A stretch of DNA of 64,000 bases, from the IMG/VR virus record IMGVR_UViG_3300020201_000009, positions 64,001 to 128,000 of that record. One strand, written 5' to 3'. The notes beneath the pieces were generated by a model. The model ran no database searches. It worked only from the letters and a program-made list of their open reading frames with translations, and was not told where the DNA came from. Below, in pieces: positions 51,293 through 62,919 of this stretch. A program made the position numbers and the translations under genes. This DNA is from a virus. How positions within the stretch are numbered: position 1 is the stretch's first letter; the number at the start of each line of letters is the position of its first letter.

Positions 51293-52023
51293 ATTTTTTC
51301 TGTTATAATTGGTTATTTTGATAAGTTTCCAAAGTGGAAAAAAGACCACCCAATCGACGGTAAAGTCATCCTTTTGTAACAGTAAATCTTTTGCAGTTAA
51401 AGCCGGAATTTCTTTTCGAAAAGAAAGGAAAAAAGGGGTTGACCCGCAGGGGTATGGGGGATTCCCTTATGGGGTATGACGCAAACGCCCGAGTTTTTTT
51501 CGGATGGATATATAAATCAAGCGGGTTCGGTTTTGATAGAATTTTCGAGGGATAGGGGTCATTCCCCCTTAGTCTATTGGAGGATTTTCTCGTTCGACTA
51601 TACTACTCAATATTTTGAGCCCCAATCGGCACAGTATATAACCGAAGATGCTTATTTGAGTCTACGTGATAGTCTTATCATGCAAGGCTTTTATTAACAA
51701 TAAAACATGAGTGAACTTTTTAGGGAAAAATTTTGTAAACTATTCTGGGAGGCTGTAAATAGCGGGTTTAGCTGTAATGACGCCAGAGATTATGCCTCCC
51801 TAGAATTGACCGGAAAACTTTATCACAAAACAACTAATGAGATCTAATAAAATTTTTATAGCAATCAAGGGTATCCTTGCCTTTTGTATTATTTATATTT
51901 CCATTGCCTTTGTCGTTTTTCAATTTAGAAATCCAAAAGCAAATGATACGACATTTTTTACACACTTTTCGGATGTGGTCAAATATAACAAGTTAGAGAA
52001 ATTCAACTAAAAAAACTATTCTT

Positions 52024-52539
52024 ATGAGCGACAAAAAAATAATCGGATTTGGTGATTTGGGAAGAGACAAGGTAACGGGCGTACAGGGTGTTGTAGTATC
52101 CTTTACCAGATATCTTTATAATTGTGACAGAGTTGGGCTTCAACCAATTCCAAAGACGAACAGCGAAAAGCCAGTGGAAGAATTAACGTTTGACACTTAT
52201 CAAGTTGATGTTGTCAAGAAGGGTAAGGTCAAATTTGGAAACGTTAATAACGAAATAATGGTTGCGGGGCTTGGGGATCTTGTTAAGGATAATGTTACGC
52301 TGAGAACTGGAATCGTACTTGGCATTTGCCGTCAAGCATACGGCTCTCCCATCTTACTTGTTCAGCCGCAACAGTTGGATAAGGATGGTAGGGTGCGCGG
52401 TATCTTGTATTTTAACCACGCTCAAGTTACCGTGGTACAAAGCAAAAAGATTGTAGTCGAAAATATGCCAGAGAAACCGGTTGTTGATGGTAAAAAGACC
52501 ACCGGCGGGCCAATGCCGACTGTTAAACGGCCTTACTAG
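52024..52539 (+). CDS. protein with two tandem SH3/KOW-like repeats
   Basis: duplicated GD...DxVT...G.V......Y......LQP motif. Confidence 0.7.
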   Translation: MSDKKIIGFGDLGRDKVTGVQGVVVSFTRYLYNCDRVGLQPIPKTNSEKPVEELTFDTYQVDVVKKGKVKFGNVNNEIMVAGLGDLVKDNVTLRTGIVLGICRQAYGSPILLVQPQQLDKDGRVRGILYFNHAQVTVVQSKKIVVENMPEKPVVDGKKTTGGPMPTVKRPY

Positions 52540-52580
52540 GCTATAATAAATTTTGTAATAGAAATATTACGTAAGTTCTT

Positions 52581-52655
52581 GGGGTCGTAGCTCAACGGTA
52601 GAGCAGTTCCCTTTTAAGGAATTGGTTGTGGTTTCAAATACCACCGACCCCACCA
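52581..52655 (+). tRNA. tRNA-Lys(UUU)
   Basis: GTTCC-CTTTTAA-GGAAT arm, encoded CCA. Confidence 0.94.
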
Positions 52656-52926
52656 TTTTACACTATAACATTCTGTTTTGGATTTAAACATCTGTTTGTT
52701 GTGAGTGGATGTCTAGGTCATAATCCAATCGTCCTTATATAAGACGAGTAGTGTATTACTTTACTAAATAAAATAAACCCAAACAAAATGGGCGATAACC
52801 ATATAACACCTGAAGAGATGGGGGTAATTCTAATACCAAATTCAGACATTTCAAAGAAAGTGGTAAAAGAAATGGAGAAATTGTCCGAGGTTATTGATCA
52901 ATTGCCACCCAATTCAAAAGTAAAAA

Positions 52927-53364
52927 ATGAAAATTAAAAATCTAATCTTTGGATTACTCCTTACTTGCGCCGCTTCTTATGGCCAAACCAAATATCCAAT
53001 TAGTCTTATTTGGAATGGTAATAATCCAGCAGGGAGCGTTGAATATTTTATTGAACAAAAAAGCGGATCTAGTGAATGGGCGGAAACGCCTAATGCTAAA
53101 ACCCAACTGGAAACTTTTACACTTCAACTTGTTCCGGGTGGATACATTTTTCGGGTTAAAGCTAGGCGAACTGTAGAGGGAAACGTATTAACCTCAGCGC
53201 CATCAAATGAATTGGTACACCTTCATGGGAAACCTCTTGATCCATCGACATTGAAGATCACTATGAATTTGATTATTAGAGAAGACGGTTCTATTTATAA
53301 TAGTAAATTTAATCGTCCGATTAATTTTGCGAAACTTCGGCGCGAAAATAAGGGAACGAGTTAA
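52927..53364 (+). CDS. exported fibronectin type III domain protein
   Basis: signal peptide, L.W...Y...LVPGGYIFRVKA...SAPSN. Confidence 0.75.
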   Translation: MKIKNLIFGLLLTCAASYGQTKYPISLIWNGNNPAGSVEYFIEQKSGSSEWAETPNAKTQLETFTLQLVPGGYIFRVKARRTVEGNVLTSAPSNELVHLHGKPLDPSTLKITMNLIIREDGSIYNSKFNRPINFAKLRRENKGTS

Positions 53365-53858
53365 TGCCTATAATCAATTACCTATGAAAGATTTCGAAGG
53401 AGAATACAAAAAGAAAATATTGGAACATAAAAACTTCCCTAGGACTCCTCGCGGGCCGGATGGTAAGTTTTTTATTCCCAATGACGAACTATTTGTAGTC
53501 GGCGCATATCTTCAAACGGCCTATCTCAAAGGTTTCTTTACCAATAATGAAGGTAAGCAAATGTATTACTTTTTTTACATCGACAAAGAAAGAAATTTGG
53601 CTAGACCCAGCGAAAACAATTTAATAATTGGGACCAAGTTTGTACAGGAAATTGAAAAATCCAATTTGTCAATTAAACATGAACTTATTGAAACCAGTTG
53701 TTTATCATAATTCTATTAGGAATCCAGTAAAATATTCTTTGTGGTCCGATAGCGGAGTTTATTATCCCGGCGTGACGGTGGTTTTGTCCGTTATTCTCGC
53801 TAAGATTATTGTTTCTATTCCTCAATTTATGATTTATTTTTGGGGTTTATAAATTTAT

Positions 53859-53937
53859 GGTCCTGTAGTTAAATGTAGCTAATAACGGGCTCTTTATAAG
53901 GGCTTATTGACAGAGGCTCCGCTGTCCGGGACTACCA
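53859..53937 (+). tRNA. tRNA-Ile(UAU) with aberrant T-loop
   Basis: GGCTC-TTTATAA-GGGCT arm, encoded CCA; T-arm GACAG-AGGCTCCG-CTGTC. Confidence 0.8.
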
Positions 53938-55168
53938 CTTTCTCTCTATTTTCGCAATACAATAACAAAAAAAATATGACCCTTTACACTCTGCTGTTGT
54001 TAAACATTATCTCCGTAATCTTAATTGGTAAATTGTTGCTACGTCAAAAAGGCGGAGTAACAAAAAAAATAGAGGCGCTTTCAATTGTTTATATTTTGTG
54101 GACGACCGTTTTCACCGTTTTCTATTTAGTAGCCAACCACAATGCATAGTAGATATCGCAAACTCATTTCCGTTGGAATTGTTTACATTTTAGCATTTAT
54201 TATTTGCATAGCTCTATCTGTATTCGTTAAAGTTTTATGAAATTAATCCTGTTAGTCTATAACTACCATGGCTTCGTGAAAGGGGCTGGTGAGATATGTT
54301 ACGCAATCGAGGCGAAAAGTGTGGAACTTTCTTTATTTGAATTGGAAATGTTAGTGGAGAAACATTTGGAAGTTTTAGATCATCAATCGAAAGTTCATCA
54401 TTTATTTATGGGGACTTGGATTGATATTACTTTATTTTACCATTTTGATAGAGATGTAAGTAGAAAATATGTATATTTAAAACCCATTATTCTTACATTG
54501 GAACAATACTGGCTTCGGATCAGAATTGTTAGGGATCCGGATCTATAAACCTTTTCCTATGAAATACGATAAATGCTATACATTAGAGACTATTATTGAA
54601 ATCTCTCGAATTATAAATGAGAAGATTAACGACCTTCCCATAGGCTCAAAAATTGACCGCACCAAGTTGGGCTTGGAAGTTAGTAAAATATTTCAAGAAA
54701 AAATTTTTCCTGTTGATACAGATAATGTATTAACACTGCTTGGTTTAATCATTCGCATGAGGAATGATCTTACGGTATCCAAGGGTAAAATGGGAGGCAC
54801 TTTTAAGATCGACCCTGATTTTTCATAAACCTGCCACGAACCAACCACGGAATTAAAATGAAGATTGCGAAAAGAGTTTTTATTTGGGATTGTATAGCGG
54901 TTGTCAGCTTACCCATTCTTATTCTTATTTTTTCGATACCCGAATTGAGAGAAACAGAATCTAGAAATTATCTAATAACCGCTCTACTGATATTATCAAT
55001 TTTTCCATTGTATTTCGATGGATCGAATCCCCGATAAAGCAAATAAATAGCGTAACAAAATTGTAACAAAAGGCTGGGGGGAATTGACCCTTGACTCATG
55101 AGGGATTCCCCTAGAGTCTCTTCCTCAGTTCAGAGCTAACAGCTTTGGCGCAAAAAAAACAAAAAAAA

Positions 55169-56098
55169 ATGGATTTGCAACCAACTTTAGATATTAAATC
55201 CGTACTGGAAACAGTCGGAACAAAATTAACTGATGAAAAAACTCTAACAGATGCTTTAATTAGTATCAATGCTAATTTTACACCCCAAAGGGTAGATAAC
55301 TATTATCTCTTTGGAGACCAAGCCTATAAGTCAGGAAAATGCGAAATAATTCGTAGTGATAACGGTAAAAGCCTCGGAACGATGGGGGAGAAATATAACA
55401 TGGTTTCTAATCAAGAGGCTTTCTCGGTCTTAGCCGATATTGTCAAATATGGGCACGCTGTTTATGACCGGGGTGGAGAAGTGAAAGATAAATATTTCCT
55501 TAGTGTGAAACTTCCAATTTGTATAGCTCCGAAATGTAGGCCAAATGATTTGATTGAAATGCATTTTACGGGATTCAATTCATTCAATGGTGATATGGGG
55601 TTGTTATTTACCCTAAACGCCACTAGAAAATTTGGTAATACAATGTTTCACGCATTATTGAGTAATTTATCAAAAGTTCGACACTCTGCTAAAGCCAAAT
55701 CGAAACTAGATGAGAGTAAAGCCCATTTGGACTTTATTAGTAAAGAAACAAACGTTCTCCAAGCAAAACTGGATCTTCTCTGTGATATTCCTTGTAAAGA
55801 ACAGGACGTAAGAGATATTTCCTCTTATATTTTGAAAGTCAAAGACGGCAACGAGGCCACGACAAGAGGACTACGCAAAATTGATAAAATAGTAGAGTTG
55901 TTCTACGACAAATCAATTGGAAATTTAGGCGAGACTAGATATGATGCTTTTGTGGCTTTCAATGGTATGATTGACCATTTTTCCACGAATAAGGAAACAA
56001 CTGGAGGAACGAGGGACGAAAACAGATTTGAATCATCTTTAACGGGAGAAAATTCCAAACTCAAACTTGCCGCGCTAGAGGTTTTGCTACCAAATTAA
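55169..56098 (+). CDS. DUF932 / TIGR03299-like phage-plasmid protein
   Basis: IRSDNGKSLGTMGEKY..VSNQEAF, NSFNG, VRHS and TRYDAFVA...DH motifs. Confidence 0.8.
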   Translation: MDLQPTLDIKSVLETVGTKLTDEKTLTDALISINANFTPQRVDNYYLFGDQAYKSGKCEIIRSDNGKSLGTMGEKYNMVSNQEAFSVLADIVKYGHAVYDRGGEVKDKYFLSVKLPICIAPKCRPNDLIEMHFTGFNSFNGDMGLLFTLNATRKFGNTMFHALLSNLSKVRHSAKAKSKLDESKAHLDFISKETNVLQAKLDLLCDIPCKEQDVRDISSYILKVKDGNEATTRGLRKIDKIVELFYDKSIGNLGETRYDAFVAFNGMIDHFSTNKETTGGTRDENRFESSLTGENSKLKLAALEVLLPN

Positions 56099-56212
56099 AA
56101 AAAACGCTTTCAAGAAAATTTTTCCCCCTCTATCTTTTTGACTAAAATCCTAAAAAAAATAGAGTAAGTTATCGTAAAACTAGAACACACGTTTTACAGT
56201 CACATAATTACA

Positions 56213-56776
56213 ATGAATAACAATAAGCACAATCAATCTTTCGAAAGCGAACCTTTCAATCTGCAAGAACTTCTCCAAGAAGTTTCATCGACTGATCTGC
56301 ATAGTCAAATTACCGACCATGAATCTATCACGGAAAATAACCGTGGTATGTATATCTTAGCGAGGATTGAGACACTAAAACTACAAAAAGAATTAATCAA
56401 CAGACAATTGGTAAATTCGGAGGTCGCTTTAAAAATCCATAAGGCGATGGAAGAAGATCGGCAACTGGTGAAACTAGAGAACATTGCCGAAAACATGGGT
56501 CTAACATTTGGGGAGTTTGTAGATGCGGCTATTCGGTATAGAGACACTCAAACGTCTAACCCGAAGAAAGAGGAATACAGATCGAATAGAGGCCGTTTTA
56601 AAACTCAATATCCAGAAGAGATTAAAAACGCGGCTATGCAGTCGATGTTAAAGGGGATTCCTCTTTTACAAATCGAAAAAGATCTGAACGTGTGTTATAA
56701 CACGTTGAGTCAATGGAAAGGAAAGATTGGTTTGTCACGAAGAAGGGAAGGAAGTCAACAACTTCAAATCGCATAA
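56213..56776 (+). CDS. coiled-coil protein with C-terminal helix-turn-helix
   Basis: YPEEIKNAA...GIPLLQIEKDLNVCYNTLSQWK. Confidence 0.7.
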   Translation: MNNNKHNQSFESEPFNLQELLQEVSSTDLHSQITDHESITENNRGMYILARIETLKLQKELINRQLVNSEVALKIHKAMEEDRQLVKLENIAENMGLTFGEFVDAAIRYRDTQTSNPKKEEYRSNRGRFKTQYPEEIKNAAMQSMLKGIPLLQIEKDLNVCYNTLSQWKGKIGLSRRREGSQQLQIA

Positions 56777-56940
56777 TTAGGAATAAACAAAAAACTAATT
56801 GTTAATGGATTATCTAATGGCGGGAATATATATATTTTGTTTCGTGGTTGTAGGATATAGAGTATTTAGGTCTATTCATCCATTTTAACCACCCATTAAA
56901 AAAAACTCCTGTTAGTTGAAAAACCCGAACGGCAAATTAA

Positions 56941-57723
56941 TTGCTTTTCGGGTTTTCTTTTTTGGATTTTACGCTTTTTTTACAATTCCATTCTTGTTTT
57001 CCCGGTTCCTATGGTCTTATGAATGAGGAAAGGGAAAAAATGAAAAACGCTAAACAACTGCAATTTACTCGGTGTCCGTTGAGTGAGGCACATCTAGAGG
57101 AGGCTTTTCGAGCAAAAAGCCGAAGGGTGATTGAAGCGATGGAGTCTCTACAAATCGAAGTTCATAATTTACCAGAGCTTGCAAATTATATTGTAAATAA
57201 AAATCAATATTCAGTGTTTTGGACCATTCAGCGTATAAGAGGAATTGGTAATAGTTGGATATTAAATTTCGTTAAAGCTTTTGCACTTCAGGTAAGCTAT
57301 AATAGATATGTAATCAGATACAAAATCACAAAATCAAAATTGATAGATCTTAAAACTAACATTATGAAAACAGAAGAAATTAAACAGCTTATCTCGGCGC
57401 ATTTTAAGATGCCAGCAAATATTAAATTCTACTGGAATGCGGCTAATAATGATTTATATAATGGACCCCGAGGAGTGCGAGACGATGATTCTTTTCCATG
57501 GAGGGGTTTTGTACATGCCACAAAGATTGTTAAAGATTGGTGTGATGAAACTTTAAACGATATTTGGTTGGGCACCGATTCTGGTGATATTGTAAATAGA
57601 GAACCGGAGCCGGAAATGGTAGAGGGAGAAGTTGTAGAGCCCTATTGGCCTTCAATTAGCCATTACGATACAATTAAAATTAAGAAATTGATTTTCGGAA
57701 GCGAACTTTACCCTTACGTATAA
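56941..57723 (+). CDS. hypothetical protein (start likely near 57019-57040)
   Basis: long ORF. Confidence 0.5.
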   Translation: MLFGFSFLDFTLFLQFHSCFPGSYGLMNEEREKMKNAKQLQFTRCPLSEAHLEEAFRAKSRRVIEAMESLQIEVHNLPELANYIVNKNQYSVFWTIQRIRGIGNSWILNFVKAFALQVSYNRYVIRYKITKSKLIDLKTNIMKTEEIKQLISAHFKMPANIKFYWNAANNDLYNGPRGVRDDDSFPWRGFVHATKIVKDWCDETLNDIWLGTDSGDIVNREPEPEMVEGEVVEPYWPSISHYDTIKIKKLIFGSELYPYV

Positions 57724-58082
57724 TTGATTTAGGAAAATAAAAACATAAATAATAAATATAAAAATGAGTCCCGAACAAATGGAAATACAGGAAACGGTCT
57801 TTACAATCGGCATTCTCGACGAAATGGAAAGGCTCGGAAATAACATAGATCTTTGTACAGCATTCTTAAACGGAATCGCTTTTGCTACCGAAAATGGGAA
57901 AGGTGGCCCGGAAGTTTTAGATGCGATTCACAAGGCTCAAAATTGTATTGGAACAACTCTTTCGCTTATTAAAATCCCGGCAAAGATAATCCAAAATCCA
58001 GAAAAAATCGTAATAACGGATCCAAACTAATAATTGTATAAATAATAGTAAAAAAACAACGACAATAACGGCAAAAAATCAT

Positions 58083-58772
58083 ATGAATACTATCACTGAT
58101 AAAGAAATTACCACAGCAAAACCATTGACGGATCGCGAAAATGATATTATTAAAACAATGACTGAGGTTGCTGAGCAGCTCGACGGTAAATGGAAATTTA
58201 TCTGGGAAAAAAGTGAAGATCACACACACGGCGATTTGGTATTGAACGACGAAACTGTAGAAGACCGTCTTCGTTTGAAAATCACAGTTCGTTTTAATAA
58301 GATTTATAACGAAAGGGAAGATCAGGTTTCACTTTCTTATTGTCTTCCTAAATATAAACATAATAATTCCGGCCAGATTACGTTCGATAAACGCCCCAGT
58401 ATTTCCCTGTGTTATACAAAGGGTATTGGAAAAGTGAAAAATGATATTCAGAATCGTTTGTTGGCCGATTGTATCGAAATACATGCTAAAAATGTGGAAA
58501 CAATAAATCGGACAGATAAGATGATTGACGGAAAGATTGAATTGGTGAATCGTCTTGCCAAATATTACAATCTGGAAAATCATTTGCTAGTTTATATGCT
58601 AGAGAGAATTACGAGCGGTTCTTCATTCTATTTTGAAGATTCTAAAGTAGATGTTGAAATCCGATATGACGGCAAAATATGTGCTAAATTCGACTGTGAC
58701 GAAGAATTGTTGAAACTTCTCACTGATACCTCAGCCAATTATCATGCTAATAAAAAATCAACTGGAGAATAA
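58083..58772 (+). CDS. hypothetical protein
   Basis: 229-aa ORF behind an A-rich leader. Confidence 0.6.
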   Translation: MNTITDKEITTAKPLTDRENDIIKTMTEVAEQLDGKWKFIWEKSEDHTHGDLVLNDETVEDRLRLKITVRFNKIYNEREDQVSLSYCLPKYKHNNSGQITFDKRPSISLCYTKGIGKVKNDIQNRLLADCIEIHAKNVETINRTDKMIDGKIELVNRLAKYYNLENHLLVYMLERITSGSSFYFEDSKVDVEIRYDGKICAKFDCDEELLKLLTDTSANYHANKKSTGE

Positions 58773-59103
58773 TTTAATGACTAATCGACAAGTTCTCCAA
58801 TTTTTTATTAGCAATGATCCAGAATTTATTAAAGCCGTCAAAAAACTTGTTAAAGAACGAGATAAGTTAAGATCCGTTCGCCCTCTAGAAAGAAAGATTA
58901 TGGTTATTACTGAATTTTACAATCGAGAATTTGTATATCCAATTCCAATTGTAAAAAAAGACAAAGAACCGGAAAAAAAAACTTGCCCTTCGGATCTTGC
59001 CCTGATTAGCTAGGGGGGACGCGAGAAATTCCGCTTTTAGCAAACCAATTGCGAGGGCGAAAGCCGAGTTATTACATTTTTTTGCATTATCTAATAATCA
59101 ACA

Positions 59104-59127
59104 AATAATAATAATAATAATAATAAT
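59104..59127 (+). repeat. (AAT)8 microsatellite directly before an ATG
   Basis: visible repeat; followed by a 39-aa hydrophobic ORF at 59128-59247. Confidence 0.8.
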
Positions 59128-61139
59128 ATGTTTAAATATATTACTCTAAAACAAATATGTGTAGCTTGTCTAGTTGGAACTAGTCTTGCTATTACAGTTA
59201 TGCTTATTATTAATTGGTTTATTAAAAATAATCCCATTTATTCGTAAAATCAAATAGTATTAATTAAATAATCAGTTAAATTTATGTCTATAAATAATAT
59301 TAAACACTATCCAAGCGTGCCAGAACGTGAGGAACGAGAGTTCGCAACACAAAGCGATATTACTAATATCCTCTTTTCATTAGACTACACGGAACAAGAG
59401 ATTTCAACTCGGGATTTTGAATTATTGGATACCCTTATTGATAAGGTGCAAATTTTGAGTATGAATAATATGCATCCAACAGAAATGACAATTCGTGGGT
59501 TATGCCGCGCAGATAGGTTTCGAGAATACTACGGAGAAGATATTAATTTTCTCATGTTGGATATTGCTAATTCAATTAATCTACGGTTGAGTAACACCAT
59601 TACCACCCATATTTTCAGCCGTTTAATGATGGGTTGCAAATTTGGTTTGATGGAGATTCACCGCCAACAGGAAGAATTTAACACGGCGAACCATGCCAAC
59701 GAATAAATATCCGGGTGGTACGATTGTTATGTACCAAGGTAAAAAATGGAAAGTAACTCGTGCTAGTAGATCTTCGGGTCTCTTGTTCATTGTTTGCCAA
59801 GAGAACGATTATTCGATTGCCAATGTTCGGATTGGAGACAAATTACTAGTAATGCCTTACGAATTAGATAAAACCACAAAAGATGAAAAATCAGAAATCA
59901 AAACAACAGTTTAAGACTTTGCTTGAAGCTGGATATACATATTTCTTTGGTCTTGGAAATAGAACCCATATTCTTCTTTCTCCAAAGACCCACAAATCTC
60001 AAGTATGGAAGGCTGGAAAACAAGTAAGCGGCCAATGTTTGAGATACAAAAATTGTGTAATTCACTACGTTGGAGAGTATAACCCAATTGTTTCCGGTAA
60101 AAAACTAAAAAATAAGAACGTGGAAAATGTAATTAGGGCCACGGTTTCTATTTAACATCTTCAATTTCTTCTATAGTTCAACGTATTACCCCTTACGGAA
60201 AGTCTTTTTCAATTTAGACTGTGGACTATAGAAGATTCTTTATTTTATTAAATCTTAATATGAAAAAAATTACATCGTCAGAGTACATGGAATATAGTGA
60301 GAATAATATGGGCTATTGCAATGTGTGTAGAGAATGGACACACGATTGCGCTGAGCCGGATGCTAGAAATTATCTTTGCGGAGAATGCAAAACCGACAGT
60401 GTGTTTGGTGGAGAGGAAGCCGTAATGATGGGTTTAATTATTGTTGTTGAAAATGAGGAATCTTTAGATGAATAAAATAACCACTCTAAACAGTTTAAGC
60501 GGGGATTTAATCATTATAAACCAATTAAATGATTTAGTCATACCACTAATTCACCTCAATGGAAGCGGAGGGGAAAATCTCACTAATGAACTTTCGGAAG
60601 TTTATAATGCCCTCCACGAGGCTCTCCGTTTAATGGAAAATTTAACTGTACATCCACGAGACTTTTATCCATTATATGATAGTGCTAATTTAATACAAAA
60701 GGCGCAAGGTCAGAAAAACCGACGCATTTTGGTGTTGAAACATTTAATTGCCGAAATTGGTGTTCTACAGTTTAGTATAAAACAGAGGAGTATCGTACCA
60801 CTCACTTGAAGATTTATCCGATCTCCCTTGTCAGAAAGACAATTAGCCGAAGTTGCAAAAAAAGGGTTAGCGGAAAAATATACCAACTTCAATAAACATC
60901 AAATAATTAATAAATATAAATGCGACTCAATGCCTCCGAATTAGTTGCCAGATTTATTATTTTTGCCAAGGATAAACCTCAATTGGTGAAACCTTCTGAC
61001 CGAACGACAATTCCCGTTGCCGCACAAAAATGGGAAAAAGAAACAAGGTGCGATCCATCTCAATTGGATTTATACTTTAAAAGATTGCCTTCTGGTAAGT
61101 TTGAGCATGAATTTATAACTCGATTTTACCATGATTTAA

Positions 61140-62021
61140 TTGATAGCTTGTCTTAAAAAAAATAAAAAAAGTTTCAAATATAAAGGTAATAATATGCAAA
61201 GCCCAAATTTAGTAGCAGTCTCTGAAAAAATTAAAGAGGCCGTTTCCTGTATTGATAAAAAAGGGGCGGAAATTCTTATTAAAGATAGTCCACTTCTTTG
61301 TTATAAAATGGCGAAGATTTATGATGAGAAACCCATTTCCGCGTTTCATTACCCGTTTACTAAATTTAGATTTTCTATCTCTTCCGGAGATATGACTGTC
61401 AACGGATTCTTCAAAGGATTAACGGGAGAAAATGGCGTTTTAATATTTTCACTCAACAGTAGGGAATTTGAAAAGGGCGATGTTGTAAACGATTTAATTA
61501 TAGCTTTAGAATGTAGAGACCCGATAGGATCGGTGGTTTACTTTGTCAAAGTGAATGGTAAACATATTTCCGTTACCGATTACATTGGTAAAAGTGTCGC
61601 TAAAAAACTACTTTGGCACGCATGGAAGTCTTTTGAAGTTTGTGTCATGGACTACATGGCACCCTCCAATCATATTGTATCTATTAGGCCGGAGAAACAA
61701 GGTAAATCGGTTGAATGGACGAAGAGTAGGGAACATTATACAATCATACATCGTTCCCATTCCGCAAATAATAAAAAAATCCCTATGGGATCGACTGTTG
61801 AACAAAACAGTGGGAGAACGATTACTAGAATTGCCCACTCTCGCCGAGCACATCTTCGCATTTTGCGTAGTCCGAAGTTTAAACGTGATGCAAATGGTGA
61901 TTTTAAGAAATTGACTATCCAAGAATCTTGGGTAGGTCCGAAAGAATGGAGGGACGGCAGCGGGCAAATCTATAAAATTGTAGATAAAGATCTTAGCTGC
62001 CCGATTTCCAAAGTGAAATAG
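61140..62021 (+). CDS. hypothetical phage protein
   Basis: C-terminal HSRRAHLR...SWVG motif. Confidence 0.65.
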   Translation: MIACLKKNKKSFKYKGNNMQSPNLVAVSEKIKEAVSCIDKKGAEILIKDSPLLCYKMAKIYDEKPISAFHYPFTKFRFSISSGDMTVNGFFKGLTGENGVLIFSLNSREFEKGDVVNDLIIALECRDPIGSVVYFVKVNGKHISVTDYIGKSVAKKLLWHAWKSFEVCVMDYMAPSNHIVSIRPEKQGKSVEWTKSREHYTIIHRSHSANNKKIPMGSTVEQNSGRTITRIAHSRRAHLRILRSPKFKRDANGDFKKLTIQESWVGPKEWRDGSGQIYKIVDKDLSCPISKVK

Positions 62022-62533
62022 GATTTTTATTAAAATAAATCGAGAAACCAAATAATAACAAATAATATGCACGATATACAAAATAATAAAAAATGTAAAG
62101 TAAGCGTTTTAGTTTACCAAAGACCAAATTTGAGGGACGCTGGCCTTGAATATGAACGGTTTATGGGAAGGGATGTTCTAGATAATCTTTTTAATAACGC
62201 TATTCCAAAAGAATTGACTGATGTAAAAAAACTATTTCTTAGTTTCCCCGAACAATGGTTGAATATTGTTGAGCAACGCTCACTATTTGCAAGGCTTGCC
62301 AAATATTGCCCGAATCTTGAAGACTTGAGTATAAAAACTCATTCGGTTTATATTATTCAGTGTACGGCAAGGGATAATATGAGGATTGTTGTGCCGATTG
62401 GTCGATTTGAAAAAATACTACCTCAAGAGTCGGTAGAGGGACTTTTGTCGTTTGAACAAGTTGGTAGTATCTTTGGCACAGGATTAAATATTGCGGGAGG
62501 AACTATAGATTATACAAATACGAGTAAGGATAA

Positions 62534-62660
62534 TTCTCAATTCTTTTCTGACGAATCGAATAAGTAATAAATATATATATATATCAAGTTTTTACTAAAA
62601 TTAAAAATACAAAAAAAATAAATATATGAAAGTTTCTCAATTCTTCTCTGACGAATCGAA
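62534..62660 (+). repeat. 27-bp direct repeat pair (1 mismatch), 100 bp apart
   Basis: TTCTCAATTCTT(T/C)TCTGACGAATCGAA at 62534-62560 and 62634-62660. Confidence 0.9.
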
Positions 62661-62919
62661 ATGGACAAAAAAAATTGCATTTAGAGATGTTAACGGGGGT
62701 TCAATGTCGCATGATTGCTATCTTTTGGGCGAACCATCTAGGAGAGATATAAAGTCTTGTTGTATTATTGGTTCTGTTTTCTATTGCTATCCCGAAAATA
62801 TAGATGAGAGAGCCCGCATTTTTGCCAAATTAAATTATCTCATTGGTGATATTGGTAAATGGAATGATAGTATAACTTTCAAACAATTAATGGAAATAGT
62901 TGAACTACTCGATATTTAG
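62626..62919 (+). CDS. conserved phage hypothetical protein (DUF6197-like)
   Basis: W.K...CCIIG...WND pattern. Confidence 0.55.
   Translation: MKVSQFFSDESKWTKKIAFRDVNGGSMSHDCYLLGEPSRRDIKSCCIIGSVFYCYPENIDERARIFAKLNYLIGDIGKWNDSITFKQLMEIVELLDI

Noticed and set aside
53907-53975. 5' part of ORF 53907-54149
   Set aside because: It overlaps tRNA-Ile; the real start is more likely the ATG at 53976.
59010-59075. GCAAACC...GGCGAAAGCC resembling a c-di-GMP-I riboswitch
   Set aside because: Element order and the P2 GAAA tetraloop/receptor do not fit; more likely a promoter-proximal hairpin.
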